Below are positions 1-13,383 of a DNA stretch of 61,655 nucleotides, one piece after another (position 1 is the stretch's first letter; every line of letters starts with the position of its first letter). The stretch is from Nemertoderma westbladi (Eukaryota > Animalia > Xenacoelomorpha), in assembly GCA_032718475.1 (NCBI GenBank), contig JAUCBJ010006190.1:1-61655 (forward strand), read 5' to 3'. The notes below the pieces were generated by a model, which was given only the letters and a program-made list of their open reading frames with translations, had not been told where the DNA came from and ran no database searches. A program made the translations under genes and the position numbers.

Positions 1-3000
1 TAATAGAATAAGGAGCCGACGCATTAGCTGCATTGATATGACACACAATAACGAGATAGAATAAGGAGCCAACGCAGTAGCTGCATTGATATGACACACA
101 ATAACGAGATAGAATAAGGAGCCAACGCAGTAGCTGCATTGATATGACACACAATAACGAGATAGAATAAGGAGCCAACGCAGTAGCTGCATTGATATGA
201 CACACAATAACTAATAGAATAAGGAGCCAACACAGTAGCTGCATTGATATGACACACAATAACGAGATAGAATAAGGAGCCAACGCAGTAGCTGCATTGA
301 TATGACACACAATAACGAGATAGAATAAGGAGCCAACGCAGTAGCTGCATTGATATGACACACAATAACGAGATAGAATAAGGAGCCAACGCAGTAGCTG
401 CATTGATATGACACACAATAACTAATAGAATAAGGAGCCAACGTAGTAGCTGCATTGATATGACACACAATAACTAATAGAATAAGGAGCCAACGTAGTA
501 GCTGCATTGATATGACACACAATAACGAGATAGAATAAGGAGCCAACGCAGTAGCTGCATTGATATGACACACAATAACTAATAGAATAAGGAGCCAGTA
601 GTAGCTGCATTGATATGACACACAATAACTAATAGAATAAGGAGCCAGTAGTAGCTGCATTGATATGACACACAATAACTAATAGAATAAGGAGCCAACA
701 CAGTAGCTGCATTGATATGACACACAATAACGAGATAGAATAAGGAGCCAACGCAGTAGCTGCATTGATATGACACACAATAACGAGATAGAATAAGGAG
801 CCAACGCAGTAGCTGCATTGATATGACACACAATAACGAGATAGAATAAGGAGCCAACGCAGTAGCTGCATTGATATGACACACAATAACGAGATAGAAT
901 AAGGAGCCAACGCAGTAGCTGCATTGATATGACACACAATAACGAGATAGAATAAGGAGCCAACGCAGTAGCTGCATTGATATGACACACAATAACGAGA
1001 TAGAATAAGGAGCCAACGCAGTAGCTGCATTGATATGACACACAATAACTAATAGAATAAGGAGCCAACGTAGTAGCTGCATTGATATGACACACAATAA
1101 CGAGATAGAATAAGGAGCCAACGCAGTAGCTGCATTGATATGACACACAATAACGAGATAGAATAAGGAGCCAACGCAGTAGCTGCATTGATATGACACA
1201 CAATAACGAGATAGAATAAGGAGCCAACGCAGTAGCTGCATTGATATGACACACAATAACGAGATAGAATAAGGAGCCAACGCAGTAGCTGCATTGATAT
1301 GACACACAATAACGAGATAGAATAAGGAGCCAACGCAGTAGCTGCATTGATATGACACACAATAACGAGATAGAATAAGGAGCCAACGCAGTAGCTGCAT
1401 TGATATGACACACAATAACTAGATAGAATAAGGAGCCAACGCAGTAGCTGCATTGATATGACACAAAATAACTAATAGAATAAGGAGCCAACGTAGTAGC
1501 TGCATTGATATGACACACAATAACGAGATAGAATAAGGAGCCAGTAGTAGCTGCATTGATATGACACACAATAACGAGATAGAATAAGGAGCCAACGTAG
1601 TAGCTGCATTGATATGACACACAATAACGAGATAGAATAAGGAGCCAACGCAGTAGCTGCATTGATATGACACACAATAACGAGATAGAATAAGGAACCA
1701 ACGTAGTAGTTGCATTGATATGACACACAATAACTAGATAGAATAAGGAGCCAACGTAGTAGCTGCATTGATATGACACACAATAACTAATAGAATAAGG
1801 AGCCAACGTAGTAGCTGCATTGATATGACACACAATAACGAGATAGAATAAGGAGCCAACGCAGTAACTGCATTGATATGACACACAATAACTAGATAGA
1901 ATAAGGAGCCAACGCAGTAGCTGCATTGATATGACACAAAATAACTAATAGAATAAGGAGCCAACGTAGTAGCTGCATTGATATGACACACAATAACGAG
2001 ATAGAATAAGGAGCCAGTAGTAGCTGCATTGATATGACACACAATAACGAGATAGAATAAGGAGCCAGTAGTAGCTGCATTGATATGACACACAATAACG
2101 AGATAGAATAAGGAGCCAACGTAGTAGCTGCATTGATATGACACACAATAACGAGATAGAATAAGGAGCCAACGCAGTAGCTGCATTGATATGACACGCA
2201 ATAACTAATAGAATAAGGAGCCAACGTAGTAGCTGCATTGATATGACACACAATAACTAATAGAATAAGGAGCCAACGTAGTAGCTGCATTGATATGACA
2301 CACAATAACGAGATAGAATAAGGAGCCAACGCAGTAGCTGCATTGATATGACACACAATAACGAGATAGAATAAGGAGCCAACGCAGTAGCTGCATTGAT
2401 ATGACACACAATAACGAGATAGAATAAGGAGCCAACGCAGTAGCTGCATTGATATGACACACAATAACGAGATAGAATAAGGAGCCAACGCAGTAGCTGC
2501 ATTGATATGACACACAATAACGAGATAGAATAAGGAGCCAACGCAGTAGCTGCATTGATATGACACACAATAACGAGATAGAATAAGGAGCCAACGCAGT
2601 AGCTGCATTGATATGACACACAATAACTAGATAGAATAAGGAGCCAACGCAGTAGCTGCATTGATATGACACAAAATAACTAATAGAATAAGGAGCCAAC
2701 GTAGTAGCTGCATTGATATGACACACAATAACGAGATAGAATAAGGAGCCAGTAGTAGCTGCATTGATATGACACACAATAACGAGATAGAATAAGGAGC
2801 CAACGTAGTAGCTGCATTGATATGACACACAATAACGAGATAGAATAAGGAGCCAACGCAGTAGCTGCATTGATATGACACACAATAACGAGATAGAATA
2901 AGGAACCAACGTAGTAGTTGCATTGATATGACACACAATAACTAGATAGAATAAGGAGCCAACGTAGTAGCTGCATTGATATGACACACAATAACTAATA

Positions 3001-5988
3001 GAATAAGGAGCCAACGTAGTAGCTGCATTGATATGACACACAATAACGAGATAGAATAAGGAGCCAACGCAGTAGCTGCATTGATATGACACACAATAAC
3101 TAGATAGAATAAGGAGCCAACGCAGTAGCTGCATTGATATGACACAAAATAACTAATAGAATAAGGAGCCAACGTAGTAGCTGCATTGATATGACACACA
3201 ATAACGAGATAGAATAAGGAGCCAGTAGTAGCTGCATTGATATGACACACAATAACGAGATAGAATAAGGAGCCAGTAGTAGCTGCATTGATATGACACA
3301 CAATAACTAATAGAATAAGGAGCCAACGCAGTAGCTGCATTGATATGACACACAATAACGAGATAGAATAAGGAGCCAGTAGTAGCTGCATTGATATGAC
3401 ACACAATAACGAGATAGAATAAGGAGCCAACGTAGTAGCTGCATTGATATGACACACAATAACGAGATAGAATAAGGAGCCAACGCAGTAGCTGCATTGA
3501 TATGACACACAATAACGAGATAGAATAAGGAGCCAACGCAGTAGCTGCATTGATATGACACACAATAACGAGATAGAATAAGGAGCCAACGCAGTAGCTG
3601 CATTGATATGACACACAATAACTAATAGAATAAGGAGCCAACGCAGTAGCTGCATTGATATGACACACAATAACGAGATAGAATAAGGAGCCAGTAGTAG
3701 CTGCATTGATATGACACACAATAACGAGATAGAATAAGGAGCCAACGCAGTAGCTGCATTGATATGACACACAATAACGAGATAGAATAAGGAGCCAGTA
3801 GTAGCTGCATTGATATGACACACAATAACGAGATAGAATAAGGAGCCAACGCAGTAGCTGCATTGATATGACACACAATAACGAGATAGAATAAGGAGCC
3901 AACGCAGTAGCTGCATTGATATGACACACAATAACTAATAGAATAAGGAGCCAACGCAGTAGCTGCATTGATATGACACACAATAACCAGATAGAATAAG
4001 GAGCCAACGTAGTAGCTGCATTGATATGACACACAATAACTAATAGAATAAGGAGCCAACATAGTAGCTGCATTGATATGACACACAATAACGAGATAGA
4101 ATAAGGAGCCAACGCAGTAGCTGCATTGATATGACACACAATAACTAATAGAATAAGGAGCCAACGTAGTAGCTGCATTGATATGACACACAATAACTAA
4201 TAGAATAAGGAGCCAACGCAGTAGCTGCATTGATATGACACACAATAACTAATAGAATAAGGAGCCAACGCAGTAGCTGCATTGATATGACACACAATAA
4301 CTAATAGAATAAGGAGCCAGTAGTAGCTGCATTGATATGACACACAATAACGAGATAGAATAAGGAGCCAACGCAGTAGCTGCATTGATATGACACACAA
4401 TAACTAATAGAATAAGGAGCCAACATAGTAGCTGCATTGATATGACACACAATAACGAGATAGAATAAGGAACCAACGTAGTAGTTGCATTGAAATGACA
4501 CACAATAACTAGATAGAATAAGGAGCCAACGCAGTAGCTGCATTGATATGACACACAATAACGAGATAGAATAAGGAGCCAACGCAGTAGCTGCATTGAT
4601 ATGACACACAATAACGAGATAGAATAAGGAGCCAACGCAGTAGCTGCATTGATATGACACACAATAACGAGATAGAATAAGGAGCCAACGTAGTAGCTGC
4701 ATTGATATGACACACAATAACGAGATAGAATAAGGAGCCAACATAGTAGCTGCATTGATATGACAAACAATAACGAGATATAATAAGGAGCCAACGCAGT
4801 AGCTGCATTGATATGACACACAATAACGAGATAGAATAAGGAGCCAACGCAGTAGCTGCATTGATATGACACACAATAACGAGATAGAATAAGGAGCCAA
4901 CGCAGTAGCTGCATTGATATGACACACAATAACTAATAGAATAAGGAGCCAACGCAGTAGCTGCATTGATATGACACACAATAACGAGATAGAATAAGGA
5001 GCCAACGCAGTAGCTGCATTGATATGACACACAATAACTAATAGAATAAGGAGCCAACGCAGTAGCTGCATTGATATGACACACAATAACGAGATAGAAT
5101 AAGGAGCCAACGCAGTAGCTGCATTGATATGACACACAATAACTAATAGAATAAGGAGCCAACGCAGTAGCTGCATTGATATGACACACAATAACGAGAT
5201 AGAATAAGGAGCCAACGCAGTAGCTGCATTGATATGACACACAATAACTAATAGAATAAGGAGCCAGTAGTAGCTGCATTGATATGACACACAATAACGA
5301 GATAGAATAAGGAGCCAACGCAGTAGCTGCATTGATATGACACACAATAACTAATAGAATAAGGAGCCAACGCAGTAGCTGCATTGATATGACACACAAT
5401 AACGAGATAGAATAAGGAGCCAACGCAGTAGCTGCATTGATATGACAAACAATAACGAGATATAATAAGGAGCCAACGCAGTAGCTGCATTGATATGACA
5501 CACAATAACGAGATAGAATAAGGAGCCAACGCAGTAGCTGCATTGATATGACACACAATAACTAATAGAATAAGGAGCCAACGCAGTAGCTGCATTGATA
5601 TGACACACAATAACGAGATAGAATAAGGAGCCAACGCAGTAGCTGCATTGATATGACACACAATAACTAATAGAATAAGGAGCCAACGCAGTAGCTGCAT
5701 TGATATGACACACAATAACGAGATAGAATAAGGAGCCAACGCAGTAGCTGCATTGATATGACACACAATAACTAATAGAATAAGGAGCCAGTAGTAGCTG
5801 CATTGATATGACACACAATAACGAGATAGAATAAGGAGCCAACGCAGTAGCTGCATTGATATGACACACAATAACTAATAGAATAAGGAGCCAACGTAGT
5901 AGCTGCATTGATATGACACACAATAACGAGATAGAATAAGGAGCCAACGCAGTAGCTGCATTGATATGACACACAATAACTAATAGAA
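1..5988. repeat. 53-bp minisatellite array, left part (51-53 bp variants), continuing beyond the window start
   Basis: Unit AGATAGAATAAGGAGCCAACGCAGTAGCTGCATTGATATGACACACAATAACG, roughly 113 copies. Confidence 0.98.
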
Positions 5989-7046
5989 CAAGCTGGCAAG
6001 CCTGGAGGGTTCACGGTCCTCCTACTTAATCAGTACAATAATAATACGTTTTCGTTCGGGTAGGCCTATGTTTCCTTTTCACTTGTTCCCATCGTAGGCG
6101 ACCTCATGCTCATCCCACCACGACCACGACCACCAGTTACGAGTTGGGTAGGCGTCTACCGGCAACCGGTAAGTAATTACGCGCCACACGACGTCATCCC
6201 GCCATCCGCCAACATTTATACCGGTACGGTAAGCCTACCACCTACCGGCTGGCTACCATCGCACCGTAGGTCTACCGCCTACGCCTACCGGTCAACCGGT
6301 AACGGTAGGCTACCGCGTACCGGTACAGCGGTACTCAAAGTCGTACCGGTATTGTCGTAATTGACAAATGCAGCATTAAACCGTAACCCGTTCCGGTACC
6401 GGTACCATATGCATCTGAACGACTGGACGGTTAATCTCATAGCATAGCTGCATAGGCCTACCGGTAGTCAGTGCGAAGTCGCCTGCGAACATGGCGAAAT
6501 ATTATATTCACTGCTAGGGCTAGGCTAGGACCTACCAGCCTACTGCTGTACTGACCTATGACAGTATGAAGATAGGCAGATAGGCCTACAGTGGTCAGGT
6601 AGTACCGGTCCGGTATGCCTACTACAGGCAGACAATCAGACAGTACTAGCAGTGCTAATTAATTACCTTAATTAAATCTTCAATTAGGTCATAATGTAGG
6701 TCCAAATTTAAAAATCGGCCTCCGTTAATCGATTTAGAAATAATTCAGGTACCTCCATGCCAAATATCAGAATCATTCATTGTGTTCCCTATGACAAGAT
6801 AGCTTTTTCCTAAACCATGCGAAAACACGCAAATATAGCGCTCACATCGCACAAATACCATCTCGACACCCAATTTTATGTATGAGCCTTCGCCATCCCT
6901 ATATCTAACTTTTGTCCAAATTTTGTTTCGATTGATTAATAAATAACTGAGATATCGCTCTGGACACACACACACACTAACACACACACACACACACACA
7001 CACACATTACGGTAATAATGGTCACTTATGTCAAAGACCGTGAACC
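5989..7046 (-). mobile_element. Non-autonomous Helentron-associated (HINE/DINE-1-like) element inserted in the 53-bp array
   Basis: Asymmetric 11-bp subterminal inverted repeats GGTTCACGGTC (6008-6018) and GACCGTGAACC (7036-7046). Partial IR GGTCAC at 7020-7025 next to the terminal copy, and a (CA)n microsatellite at about 6964-7006. Ends in CTTG on the minus strand. Inserted at AA/TT within the repeat (tagaa|...|aataagg) with no long TSD. Confidence 0.75.
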
Positions 7047-8778
7047 AATAAGGAGCCAGTAGTAGCTGCATTGATATGACACACAATAACGAGATAGAAT
7101 AAGGAGCCAACGTAGTAGCTGCATTGATATGACACACAATAACGAGATAGAATAAGGAGCCAACATAGTAGCTGCATTGATATGACACACAATAACGAGA
7201 TAGAATAAGGAGCCAACGTAGTAGCTGCATTGATATGACACACAATAACGAGATAGAATAAGGAGCCAACGCAGTAGCTGCATTGATATGACACACAATA
7301 ACTAATAGAATAAGGAGCCAACGCAGTAGCTGCATTGATATGACACACAATAACTAATAGAATAAGGAGCCAACGTAGTAGCTGCATTGATATGACACAC
7401 AATAACTAATAGAATAAGGAGCCAACGTAGTAGCTGCATTGATATGACACACAATAACGAGATAGAATAAGGAGCCAACGCAGTAGCTGCATTGATATGA
7501 CACACAATAACTAATAGAATAAGGAGCCAACGTAGTAGCTGCATTGATATGACACACAATAACGAGATAGAATAAGGAGCCAACGCAGTAGCTGCATTGA
7601 TATGACACACAATAACTAATATAATAAGGAGCCAACGCAGTAGCTGCATTGATATGACACACAATAACTAATATAATAAGGAGCCAACGCAGTAGCTGCA
7701 TTGATATGACACACAATAACTAATAGAATAAGGAGCCAACGCAGTAGCTGCATTGATATGACACACAATAACGAGATAGAATAAGGAGCCAGTAGTAGCT
7801 GCATTGATATGACACACAATAACTAATAGAATAAGGAGATAGAATAAGGAGCCAACGCAGTAGCTGCATTGATATGACACACAATAACGAGATAGAATAA
7901 GGAGCCAACGCAGTAGCTGCATTGATATGACACGCAATAACTAATAGAATAAGGAGCCAACGTAGTAGCTGCATTGATATGACACACAATAACTAGATAG
8001 AATAAGGAGCCAACGTAGTAGCTGCATTGATATGACACACAATAACGAGATAGAATAAGGAGCCAACGCAGTAGCTGCATTGATATGACACACAATAACG
8101 AGATAGAATAAGGAGCCAACGCAGTAGCTGCATTGATATGACACACAATAACGAGATAGAATAAGGAGCCAACGCAGTAGCTGCATTGATATGACACACA
8201 ATAACGAGATAGAATAAGGAGCCAACGCAGTAGCTGCATTGATATGACACGCAATAACTAATAGAATAAGGAGCCAACGTAGTAGCTGCATTGATATGAC
8301 ACACAATAACTAGATAGAATAAGGAGCCAACGTAGTAGCTGCATTGATATGACACACAATAACGAGATAGAATAAGGAGCCAACGCAGTAGCTGCATTGA
8401 TATGACACACAATAACGAGATAGAATAAGGAGCCAACGCAGTAGCTGCATTGATATGACACACAATAACGAGATAGAATAAGGAGCCAACGTAGTAGCTG
8501 CATTGATATGACACACAATAACGAGATAGAATAAGGAGCCAACGTAGTAGCTGCATTGATATGACACACAATAACGAGATAGAATAAGGAGCCAACGCAG
8601 TAGCTGCATTGATATGACACACAATAACGAGATAGAATAAGGAGCCAGTAGTAGCTGCATTGATATGACACACAATAAGGAGATAGAATAAGGAGCCAAC
8701 GCAGTAGCTGCATTGATATGACACACAATAACGAGATAGAATAAGGAGCCAGTAGTAGCTGCATTGATATGACACACA
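7047..8778. repeat. 53-bp minisatellite array, right part
   Basis: Same unit as 1-5988, resuming in register after the insertion; about 33 copies. Confidence 0.98.
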
Positions 8779-9010
8779 GAGTAGGTTAACATTATCAACC
8801 CTTAGCAGTCCAACTTACAAACCGAAATATTACGATTTTATGTAGAATGGGGGGGGGGGGGGGGGTGTACTTCAATTATTATGTAATTATAGAACATTAT
8901 AGGTAAGGTGGGGAGAATTCAATTCTAACAAATGTGGTTCAAGGTCTACACCCACCGACAGAGGTCCAAAAAGAAAGTGTATTATTACCGTGAGCTTTCT
9001 GCCTCTCCTA

Positions 9011-9272
9011 GAGGCCTGGCATGGTTGCATTGAATTCACCGTTGGTCGTGGGTTCGATCCCCGCATTGGCCAGGGCAGTTTTCGTTTCGGCGCGAATGCT
9101 TTGAAGTGGCCAACCAGAGCGCATCTCTGCGTTGCATCCTTAAGTGGTAGCTAAATGAGTACTGGAGTTTCCTCTGGGGAGTATAAGTTCTGGGGGGACC
9201 GCACTGGAAATAAGTCGATTGACTTTGTGCGTAAACCCTGGCCTAGCGGCCGAAGAAAATTTACTTTTTTTT
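9011..9272 (+). mobile_element. Candidate tRNA-derived SINE
   Basis: T-arm GTGGG-TTCGATC-CCCGC at 9048-9064 contains the B-box GGTTCGATCCC. The head is bracketed by GGCC...GGCC. About 200 bp of body follow, ending in TTTACTTTTTTT. The D and anticodon arms are degenerate, so this is not a functional tRNA. Confidence 0.5.
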
Positions 9273-9769
9273 CCTAATGGTGACAATTGAGTGAAGTTCA
9301 AACAAGATGAGTTCAAAGAAAAAAAGTTCCCTATTGAATAACTATCGGTAATCGGGTTAATAATGGACAAAAATATGTATTCGGTGTCAAATAAGTCCTA
9401 CTTCTGGATACTTCGAATGATGACAATCCTACGAAATGTTTACTGATAAGGTATCACATAACCTGTCCTAACTAGGTCGTAAGAACCTCTATTTATAGCG
9501 CCGCGGGCTTTTTTGTGGACAATATTATAGGATTATATCACCGTATGGCTGTCACAACCAACTGGCGGAATTAATCACAAGTTGCGCGTGGAGAAAGTAA
9601 TAAATAAAATTTGGTGAAAATTAAATGGATTCCCTGGAGTTTAGAACTGCAACAAAACGGAAATTATTATCTAAGGTAATCAACCTCCCCCTACCCCATG
9701 AGACGGTTGTTGTGGTACGGTTGTTGCTGCCAGGCTCGATATAAATATGCTATATGTATATATAGTAAA

Positions 9770-10230
9770 GGCACCTCCCACAGAATAAAACGGAATCTCA
9801 ATGTTAGATTATTTAGGGCAGCAGTGGAACCAGTACTCTTATAGTATATGGAACCATAGTACTCCTCTATGGGAGTCCATGCTGGTTCTAACTGCAGAGG
9901 ACACCAAATTCTGGAGGGCACATTCACAACAATGCTACGTCGGGTTTATGTGAAGTACAATAAACAAATCTCCAACCAGACTCTGTACAACATCGGAGGT
10001 GTTTCATTAGTCTCCCCTAGCTTGACACTTGAACGTAGCCGCCTCCTGTTTGCAGGACATAATCTTGTACTTTGGCGGCCTCATGGAATGAATAAGCATG
10101 GTGGACAGCTCAAACTTTCTATATATCTTCCCATGACTTTCTTGAGACGAAATTGGCCTTGAAGATACGGATGTCATCGGTGATAGGTAATTGTGGCGTC
10201 GAAATTTTATTGATAAGCCGGCACAGCATT
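9770..10230 (+). mobile_element. Degenerate 3' fragment of an RTE-clade LINE
   Basis: Frameshifted peptides (NLNVRLFRAAVEPVLL, LEGTFTTMLRRV..ISNQTLYNIG, RSRLLFAGH, NLVLWRP) match the C-terminus of the RT ORF at 47620-49029 (FFQATVESVFLYG, IDGCYTRLLR, MTNAELYG, RRLRFSGHCWR, DLLLWQP). Confidence 0.8.
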
Positions 10231-10372
10231 CTTAATATATAAGTAATATATATATAGTGCAGCTGTGCAATGCAGCATACCGATAGTGGTAGTAGTAGTA
10301 GTTGCCTTTGGTAATAATAATAAAAGCGCTTTGAATATGATGAGGGTAGAAAAGCGCAATAAAAATACTTCA

Positions 10373-10513
<141 letters not shown>

Positions 10514-11009
10514 ATTGTTCAGCTACAGTGTGGTTGTATATTACGCAGCCACGTTATAGACCCAGACGCATTCTCCTGTATTGTCTCCTATATTTTTCGT
10601 ATTTGCCAGTGCATTATTGCACTAAAGGTGCCATATCAATAGGTTTTATATTGAGCCATACCGTACTATGTATTACAGTATATATCAACACGATAAAGTG
10701 TAGGAAACGCCCTAGTTTAATAAAAGAACATCATAAAATCCATAACTGAACGAATTGCAACATTATAACTCCTTAAAGTCAGAAAGATATGAACGAACAC
10801 ATTTACGGTGAGACAACGAGATGATGCGGTAGCCTTTAGATTTATTCCCATTAGTTGGATTTTCTTACACAATAATATAGTAAAATATATATAATTATAA
10901 AGTAATATAACTAATCAGACGTTATTTCTGTAAAAATTGTCGAAAAAGTGACATTCAATATGCAAACAAATAAACAGAAAAATTTATTGACCGCAGCTGA
11001 ACAAAAATG

Positions 11010-11502
11010 TGCGCGGACCAAGAATGTTGTGCCGGCTTTTCGTCAAAATTGCACAACTCCCTATCACCCATGACATTTGCTAGATCATCCGCATCTTCAA
11101 GGCCAGTGTCCTTTAAGATGCGTCTCAAGAAAGTCATGGGCTGTCCACCATGCTTATTCACTCCATGAGGCTGCCAAAGTACAAGGTTATGCACTGGCTG
11201 GTCCTCACAGCGAAAGCAATGTCCTGCAAAGCTGAGGCGGCTTTGTTCTAGTGTCAAGCTTGGGGGAACCAATGTTACACCTCCAATGTTATATAGTGTC
11301 TGGTTGGAGATGTGTGCATTGTACTTGACACAATGAACCACTTGTATTGTAAATTCACCACTTGTAAATGTGCCATCCAGAGATTTAGTGTACAGAGTAA
11401 AGTTAGAGCCCAGCATGGACTCACATAGAGGAGTACTGGAACTACTACTACTCAGCAGTTAGAGCCCAGCATTGGACTCCCATATAGGAGTACTGGTTCC
11501 TG
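11010..11502 (-). mobile_element. Second degenerate 3' RTE-clade LINE fragment, inverted relative to the one at 9770-10230
   Basis: ORF 10955-11416 reads KSLDGTFT...ISNQTLYNIGG...SRLSFAGHCFRCEDQPVHNLVLWQPHG...ILKDTGLEDADDLANVMGDRE, a typical RTE ORF C-terminus. Closely similar to the + strand fragment. Confidence 0.85.
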
Positions 11503-11893
11503 ATTATGGAGTGACGGTGAATTAATTTATATAATGTAATAATAGAACAATTTGATAAATCTCTCCATATGAAAAATATCAGCCGACCCTATTGGGGCTC
11601 GAACCCGGTTCTGGTTCCTTTATTTCAACCTTCTTAAGTCTCGAGGATTGTATGTGACCATGGCGTAGATATTGATATGACAGATCATCCAATCCCTCCA
11701 ACCCCCCCCCCCCCCCCCCCCGCCCTATTCCTACTGTACCTTAACCAATGAATAAACCAATGGATTTTTGTAATTATTTAAACAAATAAAAAAAAGTGCC
11801 CTCCTTTTTTTGAGTAAACGAACCGCCCTTTTAAAATCCTAGCTACGGGCTGGTTCTCTATAAAAATGAATCAAATTCCATTGTAAACCTTAA

Positions 11894-12744
11894 GGGGGGG
11901 GGGGGGATAGCCCCCCCCCCCCCCCCTCGAAAAAAAATTCAGAAATTTGATTTTTTATTGCATCTAGAGCAGAATTTAATGGAAATTTCAAATCTAAAAA
12001 CGGCTTAGAGAGATCTCTTTTAGTTCTCGAGTTATCGAGGAATATCTATCTGCAAACCTGTCCGTCATAATGTAAGACAGACAGACAGACAACCGACAGG
12101 CGGACAGGCTACATTCCACCAAATATTAAAACTGACATCAGAAATGAAATCAGCGACCCCGAAAACGGGGAAAGGTTTGACATTTGAAGGCGCTTATCTA
12201 AGAATGAAATTTTTTCGCACGAAAAATACTACTCCTCCAATATTTCTTAACCGTTTTTGCAATAATTTTTGTTTTATATGAAAGATAATTTCATATGCTT
12301 CAATGAATTTCACGCACTTTTCTTAATTTGATAATATTTCCCCCTTTTTTAAATAAAAACTTACAAAAAAAATGGGTTTTTTCAATTTTTCAAAGATTTC
12401 GATTTTTTTTTTACAAAATTGCCAATTATCAGAAATAGAAAACGAAAATACAAAAAGTGCGTGAAAAATATCATAAAGATAAACTGCTGGCTCCAAAAAA
12501 TGTGGTATCAGAAAAAAAAATGGAGAATGACGGAGGAGTAGTCTTTCTAGTGACATTTTTTAAATCTGACCCAGGCCGCTAGGGGGCGCAAAAGAATTGT
12601 GTTTTTCAAATTTTTTATGTACTTTTGATGATTCTCTTTCCGATGATATATCGTTTTCTACGCATTTTGCAACCACATTGAATACATGTCAAAAATAAAA
12701 AAAACCGTACGGGGAGGGGGGGGGGGGGGGGGGGCTACCCCCCC
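11894..12744. mobile_element. Non-autonomous DNA transposon (MITE) with TTAA target duplication, Kolobok-like
   Basis: TTAA at 11890-11893 and 12745-12748. Termini G(n)ATAGC(n) and G(n)CTAC(n) are imperfect inverted repeats starting with GG. Internal inverted pairs ACTACTCCTCC/GGAGGAGTAGT and TTTCACGCACTTTT/AAAAGTGCGTGAAA. A TTAA TSD with RR...YY termini fits Kolobok rather than piggyBac. Confidence 0.7.
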
Positions 12745-13383
12745 TTAATGAAATTCATCGATGACAGCAGATACAATACAGTTCGAGAAGAATACTGTTT
12801 GTAAATTATAATCATATAAAATTTGTGAAAGAATTATTTCCAAACATTCCGCATCCATACTAATAAAACGAAACAGAAACAATTTCGTGAAAATTTAAAG
12901 CCAATGGTGCATCTTATTTTCATTTCTTAAACGGTGATCATTTCAAGAGAAAACACAACGGATGCTAATTATCAGATAAATCACAATAAACATGGACGTA
13001 TAAATAAAATAATTTGTTATCCCAATTCCATCAAAATCCGGAACTTCATGTCGTAACGACTGATCTGTTGTCAACTGGAACAAAGGAACTGCGGTAATCT
13101 GGACCCCGAATCCCCAAACACGTTTTTATGAACGGGGAACCTTCAGTAATTAGGTTTGATGCACTATAAACTGGAAATATAAACTGACTAGGTATAACAA
13201 AGGTTGATTAGGTAATCATTTTGTACGAAACTACAATGCTGAAAGCTCAAAATCCTTGGAAAATCCATCTATGCATTCTTGTCTGCACCTCCCATAGGTA
13301 TTCTTGAATCCATAAAATGTCATCGACTGCCTACTTATAAAGACATCTTCTACTGTTTTGCCAAATATAAACATTAATTACTA

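Noticed and set aside
1-8798. Many Cys/hydrophobic ORFs and a CRISPR-like regular periodicity
   Set aside because: These are head-to-tail 51-53 bp repeats with no unique spacers and no cas genes, in a eukaryotic context. The ORFs shift frame with unit-length variants.
9013-9071. Functional tRNA gene
   Set aside because: Only the T-arm folds well. The D and anticodon arms are not recoverable, so it is treated as a SINE head.
11695-11852. Poly-C tract plus AAAATCCTAGCTACGGGCTG, resembling one end of another MITE
   Set aside because: No matching opposite terminus or TSD could be found, so it is not annotated.
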